Notes under the pieces: model-generated | Databases searched by the model: none | The model's input: only the letters and a program-made list of their open reading frames with translations | Told to the model about the DNA's origin: nothing | From: an uncultured bacterium | GTDB taxonomy: Bacteria; Patescibacteriota; Minisyncoccia; Phycocordibacterales; UBA2100 | Assembly (NCBI GenBank): GCA_966244515.1 | Contig: CBIMKN010000001.1 | Span: 1-27,675 of the forward strand | DNA: 27,675 nt | Reading direction: 5' to 3' | Made by a program: the position numbers and the translations under genes | Shown: positions 1 through 8,501 of the stretch, in pieces | Position numbering within the stretch: position 1 is the first letter of the stretch | Layout of the letters: each line of letters opens with the position of its first letter

Positions 1-12
1 GCCTTTTTCTTT

Positions 13-762
13 TTATGCAGCGAGGATCTCGTCGATGCGCTTCTCGGTGTCGGCAGGACCTGATACCAGGTGCGTTTGTACGCCCGTGGGGATCACCACC
101 GCATCATTGCCGCCTTCGTAGAGCGCGTCGCCCATATAGAGGATCTCCGCTGCGGCGATGCCGAGGTGCTCCGTATACCAGCGGATGCCATACGATTTGT
201 TGATGCTTTTTTGCGTGACATCGATGGTGGTGAGGCCGCCGATGAAAATATCAAATTCGGGCAATCGCTCTTGCAGGAGTGCGCGCACTTTCTTGCGCTT
301 CGCGCCATCCGGATCCCAGCTTCTGCGCACGTCAATCGGCGCATCGATGCCGAGCGCTGAGAATGCGAGGTACCCTTCGTAGTCGACGAATTGCGGACCA
401 TACGGGGGACGATCCTCGAGTATGCCGGTCGCGGCCGTGGCTTCCTCGAGCGCCGTCTGGATGTGCATGCGCTCTGCATCCGTAAAGCCGAAGCGGTACT
501 GCGCTACCCACGCGCCGTCTTTGTGGATGTAGCACTGCGCGGCGTTGGCGGTGAAGAGCGAGAGGTGCGAGAGATCAAAGTTCGGGCATGCAATCGAGAG
601 TACGTCGCGCTCGATGCGCTCGAGGCTTGCCGCCGACATGATCGCGATGGGGAAGCGCTGCGAGAGCGCCGCGAGCTTATCCATCATGGATGGAGTAGGC
701 GGCCGGTGCGGCTCCGCGAGCGTATTGTCGAGGTCGAATACCAGTGCTTTCGGCATATGCAT
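13..762 (-). CDS. HAD-IIB hydrolase, eukaryotic-type phosphomannomutase (PMM)-like
   Basis: Motif I FDLDNTL, motif II IMS, cap FSALG, GGLTTIDV...NK, motif IV YMGDALYEGGND. ATG 762 lies 7 nt after a TGgTACCCT box; ATG 756 is an alternative start. Confidence 0.85.
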   Translation of the reverse strand: MHMPKALVFDLDNTLAEPHRPPTPSMMDKLAALSQRFPIAIMSAASLERIERDVLSIACPNFDLSHLSLFTANAAQCYIHKDGAWVAQYRFGFTDAERMHIQTALEEATAATGILEDRPPYGPQFVDYEGYLAFSALGIDAPIDVRRSWDPDGAKRKKVRALLQERLPEFDIFIGGLTTIDVTQKSINKSYGIRWYTEHLGIAAAEILYMGDALYEGGNDAVVIPTGVQTHLVSGPADTEKRIDEILAA

Positions 763-769
763 TCTCCAG

Positions 770-778
770 AGGGTACCA
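770..778 (-). promoter_or_regulatory. Extended -10 (TGgTACCCT) for a leaderless HAD-IIB transcript
   Basis: TGn-TAnnnT 7 nt before ATG 762; the same geometry recurs across the window. Confidence 0.55.
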
Positions 779-784
779 CACGGG

Positions 785-793
785 TGCTAAAAT
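785..793 (+). promoter_or_regulatory. Extended -10 (TGcTAAAAT) for GT4
   Basis: TGCTAAAAT abuts ATG 794 and lies 6 nt before in-frame GTG 800. Confidence 0.6.
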
Positions 794-2008
794 ATGCGTG
801 TGTCCACCCGCATCCTCATGTTCGGATGGGAGTATCCGCCGCACAATTCCGGCGGACTCGGCGTCGCATGCCAGGGGATCACGAGATCACTCTCCGAGCG
901 CGGCTACCAGGTGATATTCGTGATGCCGAAGAAGCTCGATGTCTCGAGTCCGTGGGCGAAAATGGTGTTTGCAGAGCGGCCGGAGGTAGTGACGGAGTAT
1001 GCGGTGAATTCTCCGATCACGCCGTACATCACGAGCTCGAAGTATCGCAGCGAGCGCCACGGCGGCATCTACGCGGGCAATCTTTTTGATGAAGTGGAGC
1101 GCTATCGGCAGATGGGCGCGACGATCGCGAAGGAAGAGGAGTTCGACGTGATATACGCGCACGATTGGCTCTCGTTTGGCGCAGGGATCGAAGCAAAGAA
1201 AGTGACGGGCAAGCCGCTTATCGCGCACGTGCACGCCACTGAATTCGACCGAAGCGGCGGGGCGGATGGGGTGAATAGCCATGTGTACGCAGTGGAGAAG
1301 GCGGGCATGGAGGCAGCGGATCGCGTGGTAGCTGTGTCGGAATTCACGAAGAGAATCATTGTGGAGAAGTACGGTATTCCCGCAGAGAAAGTCCGCGTCG
1401 TGTATAACGGCATCGACGAAAGCACCGCGCCGACAGGCGAGGGGATGCGCCGATTGCGCCACCTCAAGAAGGCGGGCTACAAGCTCGTGCTCTTCTTGGG
1501 GCGCATCACGCTGCAAAAAGGCCCCGACTATTTCCTTCGCGCTGCGAAGCGCGTGCTCGAGCGCGAACCGAAGGTCATGTTCGTCGTCTCGGGCTCCGGC
1601 GATATGGAACAAGACATCATGCAGCTCGCCGGGAAGCTCGGCATCTCCGAGAACGTGCTGTTCACGGGCTTTCTCAGCGGATCCGATAGGCACGAGATGT
1701 ACCTTGCGGCGGACCTCTTCGTGATGCCGTCGGTCTCAGAGCCTTTCGGCATCACGCCGCTCGAGAGTATGAAGCTCGGCACGCCTGTCCTCATATCAAA
1801 GCAATCCGGCGTAGCCGAAGTCGTCCACCATGCGCTCAAAGTCGACTTCTGGGACATCGACGAGATGACCAACAAGATCCTCTCTGTCGTAGGGCACGAT
1901 GCACTGCGCGAAGCACTCTCCGACAATGCCAAAAAGGAGGCTGAGCTCATCACGTGGGCGGATGCGGCTGTTAAATTGGATGGAATAATGCACGAGCTCG
2001 TCAGATGA
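794..2008 (+). CDS. Glycosyltransferase family 4 (GT-B), putative alpha-glucan/glycogen synthase-type
   Basis: MFGWEYPP..SGGLG, AHDW, HVHATEFDR, EPFGITPLE motifs; adjacent to GH57 and GH15. The true start may be GTG 800. Confidence 0.88.
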   Translation: MRVSTRILMFGWEYPPHNSGGLGVACQGITRSLSERGYQVIFVMPKKLDVSSPWAKMVFAERPEVVTEYAVNSPITPYITSSKYRSERHGGIYAGNLFDEVERYRQMGATIAKEEEFDVIYAHDWLSFGAGIEAKKVTGKPLIAHVHATEFDRSGGADGVNSHVYAVEKAGMEAADRVVAVSEFTKRIIVEKYGIPAEKVRVVYNGIDESTAPTGEGMRRLRHLKKAGYKLVLFLGRITLQKGPDYFLRAAKRVLEREPKVMFVVSGSGDMEQDIMQLAGKLGISENVLFTGFLSGSDRHEMYLAADLFVMPSVSEPFGITPLESMKLGTPVLISKQSGVAEVVHHALKVDFWDIDEMTNKILSVVGHDALREALSDNAKKEAELITWADAAVKLDGIMHELVR

Positions 2009-2020
2009 GGCTGCTGGAGA

Positions 2021-2029
2021 TGCTAAAAT
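2021..2029 (+). promoter_or_regulatory. Extended -10 (TGcTAAAAT) upstream of GH57
   Basis: Identical 9-mer to the GT4 box, 26 nt before ATG 2056. Confidence 0.5.
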
Positions 2030-2055
2030 AAGGATGTGAATACCCGATACTCCGC

Positions 2056-3249
2056 ATGAAATCGGTCTGCTTTTACTTTCAGGTGCATCAGCCGTATCGC
2101 GTGAAGCGATATCGCGTCTTCGATATCGGCAACGACCCGGAGTATTTCAATGATCGCAGCGAGAGCGACCTCAACAATCGCAAGATCGTCGAGAAAGTCG
2201 CCGCGAAATCCTACATCCCGACCACATCGCTCCTTCTCGAGCTCTTGCAGAAGCATCCCGAGATGCGTGTGAGCTTCTCGTTCTCCGGTATCGCGCTCGA
2301 GCAGCTCGAGCGGTACGTCCCGCAAGCGATCGAGCTCTTCAAAAAGGTGATCGAGACGGGCCGTGCAGAGGTCTTGGGCGAAACGTACTACCACAGCCTC
2401 GCATTTTTCTATTCGCCCGGCGAATTTGAGCGACAGGTAGCGAAGCACCGCGATGTCGTGCGCCGACTCTTCGGTGTCTGGCCGCGCGTCTTCCGCAACA
2501 CCGAGCTCTCGTACCGCAACGATCTCGCGCATTGGGCCGACAGGGAAGGATACCTCGGCGTCATCGCCGAAGGCTGGGACCCGGTGCTCGGTTGGCGCAG
2601 CCCGAATTACGTATACACGCCGAAAGGGGCGAAGAACACGAGGCTCCTCCTCAAGAACTACCGCCTCTCCGACGACATAGCATTCCGATTCTCCTCGCGT
2701 GATTGGTCTGAGTGGCCGCTCACGAGCGAGAAATTCGGCGAGTGGGTGAGATCGGCGGATGGCGACACGATCAACCTCTTCATGGACTACGAGACCTTCG
2801 GCGAGCACCAGTGGGAGGATACGGGCATCTTTCATTTCCTCGAGAAGCTCCCCGAGCAGCTCTACAAGAATCCCGACATCGGCTTCAAGACGCCTTCCGA
2901 GGTGATCCTCTCGTACGATTCGCGCGACGAAGTGGACATGCCGCACATCGTCACCTGGGCCGATACCGACCGCGACCTCACGGCATGGGTGGGAAATCCG
3001 ATGCAGAAAGCGGCGATCGAGGCGGTGTATTCGATCGAAGATCAGATCCTCCTCGCCAACGATCACAAGCTGCTCGACGACTGGCGCAAGCTGCAGACGT
3101 CGGACCACTTCTACTATATGTGCACAAAATGGTCGGCCGATGGCGACGTTCATGCGTACTTCTCGCCCTATGAGTCACCCTACGATGCGTACATCTCCTA
3201 TATGAATGCGCTCTCGGATCTAAAACTAAGGCTCGGAAAGAGGAAGTAA
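2056..3249 (+). CDS. Glycoside hydrolase family 57 (alpha-amylase-like)
   Basis: GH57 regions FQVHQPYR, ETYYHSL, FRNTELSY (nucleophile Glu), LFMDYETFGEHQW (acid/base Asp), HFYYM. Confidence 0.93.
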   Translation: MKSVCFYFQVHQPYRVKRYRVFDIGNDPEYFNDRSESDLNNRKIVEKVAAKSYIPTTSLLLELLQKHPEMRVSFSFSGIALEQLERYVPQAIELFKKVIETGRAEVLGETYYHSLAFFYSPGEFERQVAKHRDVVRRLFGVWPRVFRNTELSYRNDLAHWADREGYLGVIAEGWDPVLGWRSPNYVYTPKGAKNTRLLLKNYRLSDDIAFRFSSRDWSEWPLTSEKFGEWVRSADGDTINLFMDYETFGEHQWEDTGIFHFLEKLPEQLYKNPDIGFKTPSEVILSYDSRDEVDMPHIVTWADTDRDLTAWVGNPMQKAAIEAVYSIEDQILLANDHKLLDDWRKLQTSDHFYYMCTKWSADGDVHAYFSPYESPYDAYISYMNALSDLKLRLGKRK

Positions 3250-3252
3250 TGT

Positions 3253-5211
3253 ATGGCGCGCGCTGTTGTTCTTTCCAATGGCGAACTCTGCATCTCGATA
3301 GACGAGAAGGCTGAGGTGCGCGATATCTACTACCCGCACGTCGGGCTCGAAGACCATGTGCGCGGCCACTATCTGCACCGCCTCGGCGTATGGGTGGATG
3401 GCCAAATGGCGTGGTTCTCCGACCCTGAGTGGAACATACAGGTCGCAAGCGAGACTGATGCGCTCGCGAGCGCTGTGACGGCGAAGCACGAGCGGCTGCA
3501 GCTTGAGCTGAAATTCAAGGACATCGTGTACAACGAGAAGCCCGTCTTTATCCGCCGCGTTTCGATACTCAATACATCTGACCGCACGCGCGAGATCAAG
3601 CTCTACTTCGCACACCAATTCGAGATCTACAAATCGCACGGATCCGATACCGCGTATTTCGATCCGCAGACGCACGCGCTCATCCACTACAAGGGTCACC
3701 GTGTTTTTCTCATGGGCGCGCGCCTCGATGGCGAGCCTTTTCAGGATTACGCGACAGGCAGAGCGAATTTCCAGGGGAAAGAAGGCTCGCACGTCGATGC
3801 CGATGACGGGCAGCTCTCGAAGAATCCTATCGAGCACGGGCCGGCGGATTCCGTGATCGGCCTCTACGGCACCTATGCACCGAAGCAATCACGAACGTGT
3901 TACTACTGGGTCGCCGCGGCCCAGTCGATCCAGGATGTGCAGGATCTCAATGAGTACGTCCTCAAGAAATCGCCCGAGCACATGGTAAAGACGGCGACCA
4001 ATTTCTGGCACGCGTGGGTGAGTGCCTACCAGTGGGACTTCGACGGCCTCACGCCAGAGCACGCGACACTCTTCAAGCGCTCGATGCTCAATATGCGCGC
4101 AGCGGTCGATCACGACGGCGGCATCCTCGCATCGGTCGACTCCGACATGCTCCAGTACGGTCTCGATACGTACTCCTACGTGTGGCCGCGCGATGCTGCA
4201 TACGTGGCGCTCGCGCTCGACAGCATAGGCGACAAGAATACAGCGCAGCGATTCTTTTCGTTCGCGCGCGACGTGCTCTTTAGAGAGGGCTACTTCCTGC
4301 ACAAATACCTTCCGGATAAATCGCTCGGTTCCTCGTGGCACCCGTGGATAAAGGACGGCGTTCCGCAGTTGCCCATTCAAGAGGATGAAACAGCGCTCGT
4401 GATCTATGCGCTCCGCAAGCACTACGAGATGAGCAAGGATCTCGATTTCCTCGAAGAGATGTACAATCCGCTCGTCGAGAAGGCTGCCAATTTCCTCGTG
4501 CGCTACCGCGATCCGAAGACGAATCTGCCTGAGCCGTCGTATGACCTGTGGGAGAGAAAGCGCGGCGTATCGACATTCACGTCGTGCACCGTGTACGGGG
4601 CGCTCATGGCGGCCGCAGAGCTCTCGCAGATCCTCGGCAAAGACACGCACGAGAGCCGCTACCGCAAGGCCGCGGAGGAAGTGAAGGCCGCGATCCTGGA
4701 GCACTTGTTGGACGAGAAAGAACAGATCTTCATCAATATGCTCGTGCCAAGGGCCGGTGGCATGGAGCGGGACACGACCGTCGATATCTCGAGCGTCTAC
4801 GGCGTTTTCAGCTTCGGCGTCTTGCCGATCAGTGATCCTCGACTCCAAAAAGCGTGGGACAAGACGGTACGCATCCTCTCGCGCGGTATCACCGCGGGCG
4901 GCCTGGCGCGCTTCGACAACGACGACTACTACCAGATCGACCACGCATCGGCGGGGAATCCGTGGGTGATCACGACGCTCTGGTACGCGGAATACCTCAC
5001 GGCGAGGGCCAAGAGCGACCACGACCTCGACCGCGTGCGCGACATCTTCACCTGGGTCGTGCGCCACGCGCAGCCTTCAGGCGTGCTCTCGGAGCAGCTC
5101 CATCCTCACACGGGACTCCAGGTAGGTGCGACCCCGCTTACGTGGGCGCATGCGGCATACGTACAGGCAGTGCTCCGCTACCTCGAAAAGCGGCGTTCAT
5201 TGGGTCTTTAA
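3253..5211 (+). CDS. Glycoside hydrolase family 15 (glucoamylase-like; trehalase not excluded)
   Basis: YSYVWPRD, QEDET, YDLWE, GVLSEQ, PLTWAHA; 652 aa with an N-terminal accessory domain. Confidence 0.92.
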   Translation: MARAVVLSNGELCISIDEKAEVRDIYYPHVGLEDHVRGHYLHRLGVWVDGQMAWFSDPEWNIQVASETDALASAVTAKHERLQLELKFKDIVYNEKPVFIRRVSILNTSDRTREIKLYFAHQFEIYKSHGSDTAYFDPQTHALIHYKGHRVFLMGARLDGEPFQDYATGRANFQGKEGSHVDADDGQLSKNPIEHGPADSVIGLYGTYAPKQSRTCYYWVAAAQSIQDVQDLNEYVLKKSPEHMVKTATNFWHAWVSAYQWDFDGLTPEHATLFKRSMLNMRAAVDHDGGILASVDSDMLQYGLDTYSYVWPRDAAYVALALDSIGDKNTAQRFFSFARDVLFREGYFLHKYLPDKSLGSSWHPWIKDGVPQLPIQEDETALVIYALRKHYEMSKDLDFLEEMYNPLVEKAANFLVRYRDPKTNLPEPSYDLWERKRGVSTFTSCTVYGALMAAAELSQILGKDTHESRYRKAAEEVKAAILEHLLDEKEQIFINMLVPRAGGMERDTTVDISSVYGVFSFGVLPISDPRLQKAWDKTVRILSRGITAGGLARFDNDDYYQIDHASAGNPWVITTLWYAEYLTARAKSDHDLDRVRDIFTWVVRHAQPSGVLSEQLHPHTGLQVGATPLTWAHAAYVQAVLRYLEKRRSLGL

Positions 5212-5217
5212 TCAGTC

Positions 5218-5226
5218 TGCTACAAT
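5218..5226 (+). promoter_or_regulatory. Extended -10 (TGcTACAAT) for cupin PGI
   Basis: 7 nt before ATG 5234, no SD. Confidence 0.65.
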
Positions 5227-5233
5227 AGGCCGC

Positions 5234-5809
5234 ATGGCATTTGAACCGTACGCGGCTCGGACGCATGAGAAGATGCGCGAGGTCCTCATGGCGCAGGATG
5301 CGCCGGGTCCCGCTATCCACTACTACATGGTCCGCGGCGGCAAGAATAAGCGCAATGTCACCATACTCGAGACAGGTACGATCGGGGGCGAATACATCAA
5401 GACATACGGGCACTACCATATCGGCAATCTCGACGAGACCTATTGGTTCAAAGAGGGACAGGGCGTGGCGCTCCTCCAGAAACTTGCCGATCCTTCTAAT
5501 CCGAGCGTCGTCGAGGAATTCAAAGCGGTCCAGGTGAAAGGTGGCGATGAGGTCTACATGCCGCCCGGGTACGGCCACCTCATGGCGAATATTGGAAAGA
5601 CATGGCTCGTCATGATCGATGACTCGCCTGTGGAAGGGCCCGATGACAGCGCGTCGATGCCCGGCCATGCTGACTACGAGGCAGTGAAGCAGATGCAGGG
5701 CTTTGCGTACTACATCGTAGAGCATGAAGGGAAGGCAGCGCTTAAGAAAAATCCAAAGTACGCTGAGGTGCGTAAGACGGATTTCGGCGGGTTGCCCGTG
5801 ATCGAATAG
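5234..5809 (+). CDS. Cupin-type (archaeal-type) glucose-6-phosphate isomerase
   Basis: KTYGHYH, ETYWFKEGQG, VYMPPGYGHLMAN cupin metal motifs. Start moved from 5126 to ATG 5234 (191 aa) because 5126 overlaps GH15 and 5234 follows a -10 box. Confidence 0.85.
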   Translation: MAFEPYAARTHEKMREVLMAQDAPGPAIHYYMVRGGKNKRNVTILETGTIGGEYIKTYGHYHIGNLDETYWFKEGQGVALLQKLADPSNPSVVEEFKAVQVKGGDEVYMPPGYGHLMANIGKTWLVMIDDSPVEGPDDSASMPGHADYEAVKQMQGFAYYIVEHEGKAALKKNPKYAEVRKTDFGGLPVIE

Positions 5810-5812
5810 CGC

Positions 5813-6583
5813 ATGCACATCCTCGCGGACATAGGGGGGACCAAGACGCGCATCGCGCGGACCGACGACCTTGAGCGGTTCACCGACCCCGTGATCATAG
5901 ACACGCCGCAAGAGGACGACGCTTTCCTCGACACATTTTTCAATACCGTAGCTGAAGTCTCGGGCGGGTCTGCGCCAGAGAGCTATGTGATTGGCAAGCC
6001 GCAGTGGAAACGCCGCGTCGGCCTTGAGGCCGAGATCGAGAAGCGGGCGGGCGCACCGGTGCATTTTGACAACGACACGGCGCTCGTGGGACTCGGCGAA
6101 GCGCATTTCGGCGCCGGGGCAGGAGCGCGCATCTTTGTGTACGTGACGATATCGACGGGAGTCAACGGCGTCCGCATCGTCGACGGCGTTATCGATCCTT
6201 CTGCGCAGGGATTCGAGATCGGCGGGCAGTATCTCGCGACAGACGGTACGACCTCGTGGGAGGAAATGATCTCGGGCCGCGCCATCTCGAAGCGCTTCGG
6301 CGTGCATCCGAAAGAGCTCGGCAAGGACCATGAGATATGGGACGAGCTCGCCAAGACGACTGCATATGGGCTCCACAATACGATCCTGCACTGGTCGCCG
6401 GATAGGATCGCGCTCGGCGGATCAATGCTCAATGAGATTGGTATCTCGTGCGATCGTGTGAGGACGCACCTCGAGGGTATCATGAGGAAATTCCAGACGG
6501 TGCCAGAGATCGTGCACTCAGGGCTTGGAGATGTGGGCGGCCTCTACGGAGGTCTTGCGCTCCTTAGGCAGCGTCGTTCCTAG
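5813..6583 (+). CDS. ROK family sugar kinase (putative glucokinase)
   Basis: DIGGTKT, NDTALVGLGEAHFGAG, TISTGVNG, IALGGS, GLYGG; context beside PGI and GH15. Confidence 0.85.
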   Translation: MHILADIGGTKTRIARTDDLERFTDPVIIDTPQEDDAFLDTFFNTVAEVSGGSAPESYVIGKPQWKRRVGLEAEIEKRAGAPVHFDNDTALVGLGEAHFGAGAGARIFVYVTISTGVNGVRIVDGVIDPSAQGFEIGGQYLATDGTTSWEEMISGRAISKRFGVHPKELGKDHEIWDELAKTTAYGLHNTILHWSPDRIALGGSMLNEIGISCDRVRTHLEGIMRKFQTVPEIVHSGLGDVGGLYGGLALLRQRRS

Positions 6584-7175
6584 ATCGGTACTGCTTGAAT
6601 AGTTCCCAAAAGAGCGGGATCGTCGTGACGAAGATGATGCAGAGGATTACCACCTCGAGGTATTCGCCGATGAGAGGGAAGCGAGTGCCGAGCACGTAGC
6701 CGAGGGTCGTGATACCGCTTGCCCATGCGAGCGCGCCGATGATGTTGCAGATCATAAAGGTGCGGTAGTTCATACTCGCGATGCCGGCTACGATCGGCGT
6801 AAAGGTGCGGATGATAGGAATGAATCGCGCCAGGATCACGGCCTTTGCGCCATGTTTTTCGTAGAAGTGCTGCGTCTTGCGAAGGTGCTCCTGGTGGAAG
6901 AAGCGCGAATCGGGACGCGTAAAGAGTTTGATGCCTACTTTGTTGCCGAACCAGTAGCCGATGTTGTCGCCCAAGATCGCGGCGAGCGTGACGACGGGGA
7001 CGAGGATCCAGGGGTTGAAGAGGCCTGTCGATGCGAGCAGCCCCGCAGTAAAGAGGAGCGACCCGCCCGGCAGGAAGAAGCCCACGATCGTGCCGGATTC
7101 GGCAAATATGATCGCGAAGACGCCGGGGTAGCCGACTATGTGGAGCAGCGCCGAGAGATCGATCCCGAAAAACAT
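6564..7175 (-). CDS. DedA (VTT domain) membrane protein
   Basis: FAESG...FLPG.SLLFTAG, GDNIGYWFG, ARFIPIIRTF, hydrophobic segments. Confidence 0.9.
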   Translation of the reverse strand: MFFGIDLSALLHIVGYPGVFAIIFAESGTIVGFFLPGGSLLFTAGLLASTGLFNPWILVPVVTLAAILGDNIGYWFGNKVGIKLFTRPDSRFFHQEHLRKTQHFYEKHGAKAVILARFIPIIRTFTPIVAGIASMNYRTFMICNIIGALAWASGITTLGYVLGTRFPLIGEYLEVVILCIIFVTTIPLFWELFKQYRSRNDAA

Positions 7176-7183
7176 GAATCCTG

Positions 7184-7189
7184 ATTATA
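7184..7189 (-). promoter_or_regulatory. -10 box TATAAT for dedA, overlapping the glyA stop codon
   Basis: Minus strand gTATAATcaggattcATG; the TAA is the glyA stop. Confidence 0.65.
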
Positions 7190-8456
7190 CGAAGGATTCA
7201 GGGATAGGGAACTTCTTGCAGAGCTTGCGCACATCCTCGCGCACGCGCTTGTGCACCTTCTTGTCGCTCTTGTTCTTGAGCGTCTCGATCATGAGCTCGG
7301 CGACTTTCGCGCACTCTTTTTCCTTGAATCCGCGCGTCGTGATAGCAGGAGTGCCGAAGCGGATACCGGAAGGATCCATCGGCTTTCGCGTATCGTCGGC
7401 GATCGAATTCTTGTTGAGCGTCATACCGACCTCATCGAGAAGCGTTTCGGCCTCCATGCCGGAGATGCCGAGGCTGCTCCAGACGTCGGCAAGAATGAGG
7501 TGATTGCTCGTACCGCCCGTGATCATGCGCACGCCATTTTGCGCGAATACCTTCTCCATGGCCTTCGCATTTTTGAGTATCTGCTTGGCGTAGAGCCTGA
7601 ATTTCGGAGAGAGCGCTTCGCCGAAGCACACAGCCTTTGCGGCGACGTTGTGCATGAGCGGTCCACCCTGGAGACCCGGGAAGATGCTCTTATCGATTCT
7701 CTTGGCGAATTCTGCGTCTTCGCGCGTGAGTATCATGCCGCCGCGCGGTCCCCGCAGCGTCTTATGCGTCGTGGTCGTCATGATGTCGAAACCGTGGTCG
7801 AAGGGGTTGCGCACCGCCTTTCCCGCGATGAGGCCGGCGATGTGCGCGATGTCCATGACCGCGTATGCGCCCACTTCTCGCGCGATCGAGACGAACTTGT
7901 CGTAGTCGAGCTCGCGAGGGTATGCGGAGTAGCCCGCAAGCAGTATTTTCGGCTTCTCTTTTTTTGCGACAGCGCGCATTTCGTCGTAGTCGATCTCGCC
8001 GGTCGCCACGTCTTTCATCTTGTAGCGCACGAATCGGAAGATCTTGGTGAGGTAGGTGACGGGGTGGCCGTGCGTGAGGTGACCTCCGTGCGAGAGATCC
8101 ATGCCAAGCACCGTGTCTCCCGGCTCGAGGAGTGCGAAATACATGCCGATATTAGCCGGCGCACCCGCATGCGGCTGTACGTTGGCGAACTTCGCGCCGA
8201 AGAGCTTCTTTGCGCGCTCGATGGCGATCATCTCCACCTCGTCGGTGAACTTCTGGCCGCCGTAGTAGCGCTTGCCGGGGTAGCCCTCTGAGTATTTGTT
8301 GGTGAGCGACGAGGCATTGGCTTCGCGCACGGCGCGCGAGACGTAGTTTTCCGACGGGATCAATTCGAGCCCCTCTGCCTGGCGAGTCTCTTCGCCGGTG
8401 ATCGCTGCGTACACTTTCTTGTCCTGCTTCTTGATATGTGGGTACAACTCTTTCAT
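7185..8456 (-). CDS. glyA: Serine hydroxymethyltransferase
   Basis: LELIPSENY, NKYSEGYPGKRYYGG, GGHLTHG, TTTHKTLRGPRGG (PLP Lys), SGIRFGT. Confidence 0.98.
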   Translation of the reverse strand: MKELYPHIKKQDKKVYAAITGEETRQAEGLELIPSENYVSRAVREANASSLTNKYSEGYPGKRYYGGQKFTDEVEMIAIERAKKLFGAKFANVQPHAGAPANIGMYFALLEPGDTVLGMDLSHGGHLTHGHPVTYLTKIFRFVRYKMKDVATGEIDYDEMRAVAKKEKPKILLAGYSAYPRELDYDKFVSIAREVGAYAVMDIAHIAGLIAGKAVRNPFDHGFDIMTTTTHKTLRGPRGGMILTREDAEFAKRIDKSIFPGLQGGPLMHNVAAKAVCFGEALSPKFRLYAKQILKNAKAMEKVFAQNGVRMITGGTSNHLILADVWSSLGISGMEAETLLDEVGMTLNKNSIADDTRKPMDPSGIRFGTPAITTRGFKEKECAKVAELMIETLKNKSDKKVHKRVREDVRKLCKKFPIPESFV

Positions 8457-8463
8457 AACGATG

Positions 8464-8469
8464 AAATTA
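8464..8469 (-). promoter_or_regulatory. -10 box TAATTT for glyA
   Basis: 7 nt before ATG 8456 in an AT-rich spacer. Confidence 0.45.
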
Positions 8470-8501
8470 GAAATAAGAAATATGTGTGAGCTAGACCATA
8501 C

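Noticed and set aside
1-12. T-rich run at the window start, possibly a terminator tail
   Set aside because: The stem would lie outside the window and cannot be verified.
6564-6583. 20-nt convergent overlap of the ROK and dedA 3' ends
   Set aside because: Common in compact genomes; no further evidence of antisense regulation.
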